A stretch of DNA of 64,000 nucleotides from the human T2T-CHM13v2.0 reference genome, Homo sapiens: NCBI RefSeq assembly GCF_009914755.1, contig NC_060947.1; one strand, 5' to 3'. Shown piece after piece: positions 12,461 to 25,000 of the stretch. Under the pieces are notes generated by a model. That model saw nothing but the letters and a program-made list of their open reading frames with translations, was not told where the DNA came from and did no database searches. Numbering within the stretch: the stretch's first letter is position 1; every line of letters starts with the position of its first letter. A program made the position numbers and the translations under genes.

Positions 12461-15400
12461 ATATCTGGATATTCTCAAGATGGCTGACTAGGAACATTGG
12501 ATGCCAGTTCTCCTCAGAAATAAGATCAAAGTTACTGGTGAATGGAAAACTTCTGAGTGGAAAACAGAGGGAAGTGAGCTAAGACCTCAGCTCAATGTTG
12601 AAGTGCCCATGGGAAGAAAGGCCAATGAAAAGAAACGGGGGTGCAGAAAAGGAAAGTGGCAAGAGTCTGGCAGAGATTAATCCCCAAGGAACTTAAAGCC
12701 CTACAGAAACGGGAGATGCAGATGGGAGTGCTTCTTTTCTCCCCTCACCTCTGCAACAATCTGCTGACTGCCAAACTGTTGGGAAGCTAGGCAGCCCTTG
12801 TGACCCAGAGCAACATTCTCGGTGGTGATTTGGGAAATTTCTAGGGACACAGAACTGGGTGGCCAGCTCACACAGGCATGCCTACACACCCGTCAAACCC
12901 AAACTTAGAAAATGAGTGCCATACTGGTTTGTGCACACATGGTGGGTCACCACTTTGCTCAGGAATTCTCTGCTTTTGAATCATTGCACCACCAGAGCCT
13001 CCACAAATGTACCACACAACCCACTCTGGCTTTTGCAAGCATGGGGAACTCATGGGTCCCCAGAGACCTGCAGGAACCCTGGAGATCTAAACCTCAACAT
13101 AGGCCACCTCTAAGGAGGGGGAGTGCAGCCCACCAAAGCAGCCTTTGGAACAAAGGGAATGCAGGTGAGGCAACAATCACTGAACAGAGCAGCAACAACA
13201 CCGAGGACCGGACATAGAGAGTGGATCATCTGCAGAGCCTCCTTCTCATGCACTGTTGAGGACATAGCAGTGGTTCTTCTCATTGGAGAGTGGTGTGTAT
13301 GCACTCAGAGCAAGCATTTTTTATGTTTTCCACAGTGGCTTTGCCCCCGCAGAAAGTGAGCTTGTGCTACTTGGGCTTACACAAAGGACAGGGCCCAACT
13401 CCACCTTCCTGCAGAGAAGAGCAATGTCCTGGCAAAGGAGGACAGACAAGTTGTAGAGTTGCCTGCTCTAGACTAGAGGAAAACACTTTGCCTCAATCCA
13501 ACTTTAATGGTTGCTATGAGAGGTGTGTATTCACTGCCCACAGCCACACTGCAGCCAGGAACCAAAAGGCAAAGTCTTTTGGTTTGCAACAGGGGCATGG
13601 TAGGGAAGCAGATCAAATTCCTTCTGGTTCAGAATGAGGAACTGGTACAACAACCCAACTCCTTTCTTCAAGACCTCAGCACAACCCGTCATCAGCCTAC
13701 TTGAGGACAAGCCAGTTCTTTCTTTTAAGCACCTCTTATGGTACTGCAAACTAAACTGCAACATGAAATAAAAAATCTGCTGACAGAGATCTTAGTGCTA
13801 GTCCGTAAGATAAGCCTCCTGAGACCTCTGCCCCTTCAGGTCTGCAGGAGATAGTGGGCCACCTTATATGTCCAATACATCACTACAACACACAGCATCT
13901 GAGAAAGCTACCATACAGAAGCTATCCACAATCAAGGAACCTATACAGAGCTGTAGTTCCCTGAAAGTACCCAGAAACTAAGTCAATCACACACAACTTA
14001 TACTACAGTCATACCCTCAAGGAAAAAAGAATTAAAAATTAAAACGCTCCATCCAAATGACAGAACATTCAAAAATAAGAAGTGACAGCTCTCTCAGATG
14101 TGAAGGAATCATCACAAGAACTCAGGCAGCACAAAAAGCTAGAATGTCTTGACATCTCCTAAAAATCACACTAGATCTCTAGCAATAGATCTTAATCAAA
14201 TTAAAGAGTCTTAAATGACAGATAAATAATTTGAAATATGGATTGCAAAGAAACTTAACAAGATTCAAGAGAAAGTTATCCAAAATGAAGAAACCAGAGA
14301 AACAATTTAGGATTTATAAGACAAGATAACTATATTAAGACAAACACAAATAGAACTTCTAGAATTAAAATACTCACTAAGGGAATTTGGAAATACAAGT
14401 GAAAGCTTTAACTGTAGACTAAACCAAGCAGAAGAAAGAACTTCAGCGCTCAAAAACTGGTGTTTCAAATTAACCCAGTCAGACAAAAATAAAGAAAAAA
14501 GAATTTTACGAAAATGAACAAAGGCTTTAAAAAATATGGGATTATTTAAAGTGACCAAACCTATGATTTATTGGCATGATTGTGAGAGAAGAAAAAGTGT
14601 CTTGAAAAACATAATTGAGGAAATAATTCAGCAAAATTATGTGAATCATTTTAGGGAGTTTGACATCCAGATATAAGAATTTAGAGAACCTGTGAGATAC
14701 TATACAAGACAACCATCCCCAAGGAATATAGTCATCAAACTCTCCAAGGTCAACACAAAAGAAAAAAAAAACTGAAAGGCATGCAGAGAAAATGGCTAAA
14801 TTACCTATAAGGTCAATCCCATCAGCCTAACAACAGACTTAACAACAAGAAATGTACAAGCCAGAGGTGATTGGGAGCCTATTTTTACCCTTCTTAAAAA
14901 AAAAAGCCAGCCAAGAATTTCATATTTTGCTAAAATGAGCTCACAAATGAAGAAGAAATAAAGCCTTTCCTGATGAAAAAATGCTAAGGAAATTTGTCAC
15001 CACCAGAACCAAGTGTACAATAAATGCTCAAAGGTGTTCTAAACTTGGAAATGGAAGAATGATACTTGCTACCATAAAAGCACACATAAGTACAAATTTC
15101 ACAGGCCTTATAAAGCAATTATGCAATTGAGACTACAAAGCAAGTAGCTAGCAACACCATGAGAGGAACAAAACCTCACATATCAATATTAACCTTAAAA
15201 ATAATGTTTTAAATATTTCACTTTAAATATTTCACAAATTGGATTAAATAAACAAGACCCAACCCATTGCTGCCTTCAAAAGACCGATCTCACTTGTAAT
15301 AACACCCACAGGCTCAAAGTTAAATTAGGGAGAAATATCTATTATGAAAATGGAAAACTGAAAAGGGCACGGGTTGCTACTCTTTTATCAGATAAAACAG

Positions 15401-15877
15401 ACTTTAAAACAATAACAGTTAAAAAAGACAAAAAGGGCATTATATAATGATAAAGGGTTCTATCCAACAAAAAACTTAACTATCCTAAATATATAAGAAC
15501 CCAATACTGGAGCACCCAGATTTATAAAACAAATACTACTAAACCTAAGCAAATAGATGGTGGTCATAAAAACATAGCAAGGTACTTCAACACCCCACTG
15601 ATAGCACTAGACAGATTATTGTGGCAGAAAATTTACAAAGAAACTTCAGACTTAAATTGAACTCTTGATTAAATGGACCTAATAGACATCTACATAATAC
15701 AGAATATTCCATTTAACAACCATAGAATTATACATTTTTGTCAACTTTGCATGGGACATTCTCTAAAACTGACCAGATGCTCAGTCACAAAGCAAGTCAA
15801 AATAAATTATAAAAATTCAGAATCATGTCAAATACCTTCTCAGAGCACAGCAAAATAAAAGTAAAAGTGAACACCAG

Positions 15878-16440
15878 GATCTAGAACCAGAAATACCATT
15901 TGACCCAGCAATCCCATTACTGGGTATATACCCAAAGGATTACAAATCATTCTAGTATAAAGACACATGCACAGGTATGTTTATTGCAGCACTGTTCACA
16001 ATAGCAAAGACTTGGAACCAACCCAAATACCCACCAATGATAGACTGGATAAAGAAAATGTTTCACACATACACCACGCAATACTGTGCAGCCATAAAAA
16101 GGATGACTTCATATCCTTTGCAGGGACATGGATGAAGCTGGAAACCATCATTCTCAGCAAACTAACACAAGAACAGAAAACCAAACACCGCATGTTCTCA
16201 GTATAAGTGGGAGTTGAACAATGAGAACACATGGACACAGGGAGGGGAACATCACACACCGGGGCCTCTCGGGGGCTGGGGAGCTAGGGGAGGGATAGCA
16301 TTAGGAGAAATACCTAATGTAGATGAAGGGTTGATGGGTGCAGCAAACCACCGTGGCACGTGTATACATGTGTAACAAACCTGCATGTTCTGCACATGTA
16401 TCCCAGAACTTAAAGTATAATAATGAAAAAAATAATAAAT
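15878..16440 (+). mobile_element. 5'-truncated L1PA6-8 3' end nested in the older L1
   Basis: 'gatctagaaccagaaataccatttgacccagcaatccc...ggagggatagcattaggagaaatacctaatgtagatga...aacttaaagtataataa'. Confidence 0.9.
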
Positions 16441-19087
16441 TAATACCAAGAGGAACCCTCAAAACCACACAAGTGCATGAAAACTAAACAACTTCCTCCT
16501 GAATGATTTGGGGTAATCAAAAAAATTAAGGCAGAAATTTAAAAAAATTAAACAAATGGAAACAGAGGAACAATATAGCAAATTGCCTGGGATACAGAAA
16601 AAGTTAAGGTTAAGAGGAACATTTATAGTGCTTAAAGCCTTCATCAAAAAGAAAGAAGACATCAAATTAACAACCTATCTTCACACCTAAGGAAACTAGA
16701 AGAGCAAGAATAAACCAAACAGAAAACTAGCAGAAGAAAACAGAAATGAAGGTTAGATCAGAACTAAATGGAATTGAGACAAAAAAAAAAAACCCATACA
16801 AAAGATCAACAAAACAAAAACTGGATTCTTTGAAAGAATAAACACAATGGATAGTCTTCTAGCTAGATCAATCAAGAAAAAGTGCAATCAGAACAAAAAA
16901 AAGTGACATTACAACTGATACAACAGAAATACAAAAAATTTTGAGATACTGCTATTAACATCTCTATGCACATAAACTAGAAAAATCTAAAAAGTGAATA
17001 AATTACTGGAAAACCTAACCTCCCAAGACTGAACCAGGAAAAAATTGAAATCTTAAACAGACCAAAAATGAGTTAAGAAATTGAGTCAGTAATAAAAAAT
17101 CTACCAAAAAAATTGTAGAACCAAATGGATTCATAATCAAATTCTACCAGAAGTACAAAAAATATCCAGTAACAATCTTATTGAAACTATTCCAAAAGCT
17201 CAAGAAGGAGGGATTGCTCTCTAACTCATTCTATGAAACCAGTATCATCCTGACACCGAAATCTAGCAAAGAAACAAGACAGGAAAATTTTAGACCAATA
17301 TCCATAATGATCACAGATGTTAAAAACCTCAAGTAAATACTAGCAAACAAATAGAGCAGCACACCGAAAGGATAATTTATTATGACCGAGTGGGTTTTAT
17401 TCCTGAGAGGCAAGGATTGTTCAAAATATGCAAATCAATAAATGTGATTCACCACATAAACAATTAAAACAAAAACCTTATGTTCATCTCAAAATACTGG
17501 CAAACAGAATCCAGCAGCATATCAAAGCTAATTTACCACAATCAAGTAAGCTTCATTCCTGAGATGCAAATTTGGTTCAACATGTGTCATTCAATAAAAG
17601 TGATTCACCACATAAACAATTAAAAAAAAAGATTATCTGAATAGATGCAGAAAAAGCATTCTATAAGATCCAGTATCTTTTCACGGTAAAAACCTTCAAC
17701 AAACTAGGCATTCAAAGAACATACCTCAAGATAATAAGATCTATAAATGACAAACACACAGCCAACATCATATTGAATGGACAAAATTTGTAAGCATTCT
17801 CCCCTAGCAACTGGAACAAGACAAGAATGCCCACACTCACCATCCCTATTCAACATAGTGCTGGGAGTCTTAGTAATCAGGCAAAACAAACAAATAAAAG
17901 GCACCTAAATAAGAAAAGGGGAAGCCAAATTATCTGTTTGCTGATAATGATCCTACCTCTAAAAAACCTTAATGATTTGTCCAAAAGACTCCTCAATTAG
18001 ATGAAAAACTTCAGTAAAGTTACAGGATACAAAAGCAACATACAATAATCAGTAGCTTTTATATACACCAATAATGTTCAAGCTGAGAACAAAATCAATA
18101 ACTCAATCTTACTTACAATAGCCATAAAAATTGTAATATATAGAAATGAATTTAACAAAGAAGTTGAAGGTATCTACAAAGAGATCTATAAAACACTGAT
18201 GAAAGAAATTGTGGGTGACACAAACAAATAGAAAAACATTCCATGCTCATTAATTGGAAGAATCAATGTTGTTAAAATGACCATACTGCTCAAAATACTC
18301 TAGATTTAACATAATTCCTATGAAATTAGCAACATCGTTTTCACAGAAGTAGATAAAAACAATTACAGAATACATATAAAACCAGAAAAGAGGTTGAATA
18401 CACAAAACAATACTAAGCAAAAGCAACAAAGTGAGAGGTTTCACATTACCTGACATCAAATTATACTATAAGGCTTCAATAGTCCGAACAGCACAATACT
18501 GGTGTAACAATAGACACACAGATCAATAGAACAGAATAGAGAACCCAGAAATAAAACCACACACGTACAGCCGATGCATCTTTGATAAAGTCAACAAAAA
18601 TAAACCACTGGGAAAGGACACCCTATTCAGTAAATGGTGGTGAGGAAACTGGCTACCCATATGCAGAAGAATGAAACTAGACACCTACCTCTCACCATAC
18701 ACAAAAATTAACTCAAGATGGATTAAAGACTTAAATGTAAGAACTTAAACTAAAAGTTCTAGAAGAAAACCTAGGAAAATCTCTTCTGGACATTGGCCTA
18801 GATAAAAAATTTAAGACTAAATTCTTGAAATCAAATGCAGCAAAAATAAATATAGACAAATAGTAATTAATTAAAATAAAGAGCTTCTGCAAAGAAAAAG
18901 AAACTATCAACAGGGCAAACAGATAACATGCAGGGTGACAGGATGAAAGAAAATATTTGTAAACTATACATCTAACAAAGAAATAATATCCAAACCTATA
19001 AGGAACTTAAACAAATCAACAAGAGAAAATAACCCCATTATAAAGTGGACAAAGGATACGAATAAACACACTTCAAAAGAAGATGTA

Positions 19088-19479
19088 TGATATGGTTTGG
19101 CTGCATCCCCACCCAAAATCTCATCTTGAATTGTAATCCCCATTATCCGCATAATCCTTATAATCTCCATTCATCAAGGGAGAAACCAGGTAGAGGTAAT
19201 TGAATCATGGGGGCATTTTTCTGCATGCTGTTCTCATGATAGTGAGTGAGTTCTCATAAGATCTGATGGTTTTATAAGTGTGTGATAGTTCCTCCTGCAT
19301 TCATCCTCCTTCCTGCTGTTGTGTGAAGAAGGTACCTTGCTTTTTCTTTGCCTTCCACCATGATTGTAAGTTTTCTGAGGTCTCCCCAACCATGCTGATC
19401 TGTGAGTCAATTAAACCTCTTTTCTTTATAAATTACAGTCTCAGGCAGTTCTTCATAGGAGTATGAAAAGACTAACACA
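19088..19479 (+). mobile_element. THE1D/MSTA-type solo LTR inside L1
   Basis: 'tgatatggtttggctgcatccccacccaaaatctcatcttgaattgtaatccc...actaacaca'; L1 'aagaaga|catacaa' continues across it. Confidence 0.88.
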
Positions 19480-20302
19480 GCATACAACTGGCCGACAAAC
19501 ATATGAAAAAATGCTCAACATCACTAATCACCAGAGACATCCAAATTAAAAGAACAATGGGATAGTATTTCCCAGCAGTCAGAATTGCTATTATTATAAA
19601 GTCAAAAGATAACAGTCATTGGTGAGGATGTGGTGAAAATTGAACTCTCTTATACACTGTTTGTGGGAATGTAAATTAGTTCAAACTGTATATCAAACAG
19701 TATGGTGATTTCTCAAAGAGCTAAAAGTAGAACTACTATTTGACCCAGTAATTCTACTACTGAGTATCTTTACAAAGAAATAAAATTGTTTTATCAAAAA
19801 TATACCTGAACCTGTATGCTCATCACAGTACTATTCACAAAAGCGAAGTCATGAAATCAACCTAAGTGTCCATCAACAGTGAATTGGATAAGGAAAACAT
19901 GTTATATATACACCATGAAATACTACAGAGTCATAAAAATGATGAAATCATGTCCTTTGCAGCAACATGGATGCAACTGAAGGCCATTATCCTAAGTGAA
20001 ATAATGCAGAAATAGAAAATCAAACACCTTATTTGATTAATAAGTTCTTACTTATTAGTCAGAGCTAAGCAATGTGTACACATGAACATAGAGATGGCAA
20101 TAATAGACACTGAGGCCTAATAGAGGTGGAAGGGAGGGAGGGGAGCAAGGGATGACAAACTACCTACTGTGTACGATATTCATTATTTAGGTGATGAGTT
20201 CACTAGAAATCCAAACCCTATCATTATGCAATATACTCATATAACAAATGTGTACGTATACTCCCTGAATCTATAGTAAAAACAATAAAAATTAAAATAA
20301 AA

Positions 20303-22046
20303 ATAGAACTCATACTTAACCACAAGAAACTGAGAATAACCAAGGAAATCTTGGATGAAAAGCAAAGCAGGAGGCATCACACTTTCTGATTTTAAAATAT
20401 ATCACAAAGATATGGTAATCAAAAGACCATGATATTGGCATAAAGACAGACACAAAGACCCATAGACCAACAGAACAGAATAGAGATCCCAGGAGTAAAG
20501 TCATTTATATATGGTTAATTTGTCTTCGACAAGGGTGCCAGGAATAAATAAGGGAGAAAAGATCATCTCTGTAACAAATATTGTTGGGAAAACTGAATAT
20601 CCACATACAAAATAAGGAAATTACACCATACACAAAATCAATTAAAAAGATATGAAAGACAAAAAAGTAAGACCCCAACCTCTAAATATTTTTTTAAAAT
20701 ATAGGTGAGAAGCTTTATGACATAGGTATTGGCAATGATTCTTTAATACAAGACCAAAATCACAGATATCAAAAACAAAAATAAACAAGTGGGACTACGT
20801 TAACCTAAAACGTTTCTGCACAGCAAAAAAAAACCATCAACAAAGTGAAAAACAACCTATGGAGTGGGAGAAAATGTTTCCAAAAAATATATCTGAAAAG
20901 AAGTTAATCTCAAAAGTATATAAGGAACTCCTATGATGCAATAGTTCAAATAATAATAATAACTCAATTTAAAAATGAGTTAAGGAATTGAATAGACATT
21001 TCTCCAAAGAAGACCTAAAAATGGCCACGAGCTATATGAAAACATGCTCAATGTTACTAATCATCAGAAAAATGCATATCAAAATCACCACATAATATTG
21101 CTTCACACCTATCAGAATGATTATTATCAAAAAACAAATGACAACAAGTGTTCAAGAGGATATCAAGTAATTGAAACCCTTGCACATTGTTGGCAGAAGT
21201 GCAAAATGGTGCAGCTGTTGTAGAAAACAAGCATGGATGCTCCCCAAAAATTTTAAAATAGAACAATCATGTGATTCAGCTATCCCACTTGTGGGTATTT
21301 ATCCAAAGAATTGAAATCAGGATGGCAAAGAGACATTTAAACTTTAATGTTCATTGTAGCACTATTCACAAAAAACAAGATATGGATAAAAACCTATGTG
21401 TTCATGGGGAGATGACTAGATTAAGAAAATGTGGTAGACATTTCTCCAAAGAAGACCTAAAAATGGCCACGAGCTATATGAAAACATGCTCAATGTTACT
21501 AATCATCAGAAAAATGCATATCAAAATCACCACATAATATTGCTTCACACCTATCAGAATGATTATTATCAAAAAACAAATGACAACAAGTGTTCAAGAG
21601 GATATCAAGTAATTGAAACCCTTGCACATTGTTGGCAGAAGTGCAAAATGGTGCAGCTGTTGTAGAAAACAAGCATGGATGCTCCCCAAAAATTTTAAAA
21701 TAGAACAATCATGTGATTCAGCTATCCCACTTGTGGGTATTTATCCAAAGAATTGAAATCAGGATGGCAAAGAGACATTTAAACTTTAATGTTCATTGTA
21801 GCACTATTCACAAAAAACAAGATATGGATAAAAACCTATGTGTTCATGGGGAGATGACTAGATTAAGAAAATGTGGCATACACATACATTGGAATATCAT
21901 TTAAAGTCACTCAGTCTTTTAAAAAGAAAATTTTGTAATATGTAACACTCTGGATAAATTTTGAGATTTTGTTAAGTAAAATAAGCCAGACACAGAAATC
22001 CAAACATTGCATAATTCAATTTATATGAGGTATCTAAAATACTCAA
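20303..22046 (+). mobile_element. Host L1MA ORF2 3' part
   Basis: 'aaagcaggaggcatcacactttctgattttaaaat' through 'ttatatgaggtatctaaaatactcaa'. Confidence 0.85.
20993..21876. repeat. Apparently perfect 442-bp tandem duplication
   Basis: 20993-21434 matches 21435-21876 on reading; identical ORFs offset by 442 (21057/21499). Confidence 0.95.
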
Positions 22047-25000
22047 TTTTTTTTTTACTCCGAGATGATAAATTGGAAGCACCACACAAAAGTGAACCAA
22101 CTAGCTCAGGCAGTGAGCACAGGTTGAAAGAAGCTCCCAGGTGAATTTCATGATGTAAACTCAAGGGGCAATAAACTTCCTTGGCCAAAAACTCGTGGGT
22201 GAGTGCAAAGTGTGTCATAGCCAAAAGTTCAAGAGCTGGGTGCCTAGCTTAGCAAGCAAATGGGGAGGGACATGGCCTAAAAGTCATGGTTGCTATCTCT
22301 GCAAGGAAAGCTTATTGCCTGGCCAGGTCTGAGTTCTGAGCACAGGCTACCTGGAACTTAGCTTGCTGCTGCTAGCGAAGCACTGCGGGAGTGAGATCTG
22401 CCTTGCCAGGTGCATGGGATCTAGGTGAGGCTTACTGCCTCCTGCTAATCCACACTCCCTGTGCAAACTCTTCTGTGCAGCATAGGCATTTACAGTGCCC
22501 TCTGGAATATTACCCCAGTAGCCTGAGAACCACCCCTCATACCCTACAGGGGCTGAAGATGGCTCCGCATGTGGAGAGCCAGAGCACTGACCTACCTGAC
22601 TCAGCCCGGATCTGACTCTGCCTCTCCACTTACCCCGGTAATTTAACACAAAAGACAGAAAGTGTTGGGAGCTTTGTGGCCCCACCCATAACCTGAGAAA
22701 CCAGAGTACCTCCCCTGGACGACATAGAGCAAACACCAATTCTGCTGCTAGTATCACAGCTGGTGATCTTTTGCAGTACCACCTCCTGGCTGGAGGCCAA
22801 CTGAAACAGTTCATTATAGCATCTCTAGTTGTAGTAGCAATAGAAGACAGCAAATTTGCTCACATACCAAGTGTATTAGTACTACAACCAACATCTGAGA
22901 AAGTCATAACACAAAGACTCTCTATAATTAAGGAATTTATACAGAGTCTTTATCCCTAGAAGCAACAAGAAAAATAAAAGGCTATAATGGACTATAAATA
23001 TTAAAGTCATATCTTTAAGGGGAAAAATTGAAAAACAAACTAAAGTGAAATAAAAAATAAATTGAAGAATTATTAGAAGAAAGAGTCTACTCAAATTAGA
23101 AGGAACCAGAAAACTAATTCTGGTAATATGAGAAAACAGGATTTGATAACACCCTCAAAAAATCACACTAGTATCCCAGCAATTAATTCAAACCAAGATG
23201 AAATCTTTGAAATATCAGATAAAGAATTCAAAAAGTTTATTATTAAGCTACTCAAGGAGATATCAGAGAAAGGTGAAAACCCATATAAAGAAATTTAAAA
23301 AGCAGTTTAGAATATATACGAAAAAATTTCTAGAAAAACAGATATCATCAAGAAAAACCAATCATATCTTCCGAAAATAAAAGACACTATTAGTGAATTA
23401 CAAAATGCAGTGGAAAGTTTTAAAAATGGACTAGAATAAGTAGAAGAAAGAATTTCAGGGCTCAAAGATGAGGCTTTCAAATTAACCTAGTCAGACAAAA
23501 ATAAAGAGAAAATAAGAAAAAGAAATGAACAAAGTTCTCAAAAAAAATATGGGATTGTGTAAAATGACCAAATCTAAGAATAATTGGTACTCCTGAGGGA
23601 GAAGAGAAGGTGAAAAGTTTGGAATACTTATTTGAGGGAATAATTGAGAAAAACGTCTCTGACTATACATATATATATAAAAGAAGAAGCTCAAATAACT
23701 TCTGGGAAATTCATTGCAGAAGATAATCACCAAGGCACATAGTCATCAGGTTATCTAAAGTCAACATGAAGAAAAGAATTCTAAGAGCAGTAAAACAAAA
23801 GTATCAGGTAACTTATAAAGGAAAACCTGTCAGACTATCAGCAGACTTCTCAGCAGAAACCCTACATGCCAGAGAGGATTGTGGTCCTACATTCAGCATC
23901 CTTAAGCAGAAAAATTGTTGGCCAATAATTTTGCACACAGCAAAACTAGGTTTTATAAATGAAGGAGAAATAAAGTAATTTTCAGAGAAACAAATGCTAA
24001 GGGAATTTGTCACTGCAAAACCAGAACTACAAGAAATACTAAAAAAAAGTTTCAATTATTGAAAGGAAAGCTCAATATGCAGCAAAATAGAACATCTTAA
24101 TGGCATAAAATGCACAAGGGCTGTAAAACAAAAACACAACAAAAAAACCCCAAAATATTAAGGCAACAATAAACATAATAAATAGAATACTAGCTTACAT
24201 CTCAATGTTAACATTGACGGTAAATGGCCTAAATGCTCCACTTAAAAGATATAGAATGGCAGAATAAATAAAAACTCAAAAACCAAATACGTGCTGTTTT
24301 CAAAAGGCTCACCAAACACAGAAGGATTCACATAAACTCAAGGTAAACGTTTGAAAAAAGATATTCCATGCAAATTGAAACCAAAAGCGAGCAGGAGTTT
24401 TGGGTTAATTTATGCAAGTGAAAATCAAAAGTGAGCAAGAGTTTTTGTTAAATTTATATCAGACAGAACAGACTTTAAAGCAACAACAATTAAAAAAAGA
24501 CAAATAAGGTCATTAGATAATAATAAAAGTATAAATCCAACAAGGATATATTAAATTTAAAATTCGTAGACACCTAACACTGGAGCTACCAGATTTATAA
24601 AACAGTTGCTACTAGACCAAAGAAGTGAGATAGGCAGCAATACAATAGTGGTAAGGGACCTCAATATGCCAGTGAAAGCACTAGACAGATAATCAAGACA
24701 GAAAGTTACCAAACAATGAAATTAAACTACACTCTAGAGCAAATGAACTTAACATGTAATGACAGAACATTCTACCTAACTACTGCAAAATATATATTCT
24801 TCTCATTAGCACATGGAACATTTCTCCAAGGTAGACCATATGATTAATCACAAAATAAGTATCAATACATTAAAGAAAATCAAAACCATATCAAGTATCT
24901 TCTCAGACCACAGTGAAACAAAGTTATAAATTCACTCTTAAGGGAATCTTCAAAACTATACAAATACGTGGAAATTAAATGATCTACTCCTAAACGATTT

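Larger units (their letters stand above)
12461..20302 (+). mobile_element. Near full-length old primate L1 (L1PA16/PA17/PB4-age), decayed ORF1/ORF2
   Basis: 5' 'tcaagatggctgactagga'; ORF1 ~14.1-15.07 kb; ORF2 ~15.16-19.9 kb; 3' 'ctccctgaatcta' plus A-tail; host ORF2 is contiguous across it. Confidence 0.88.
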
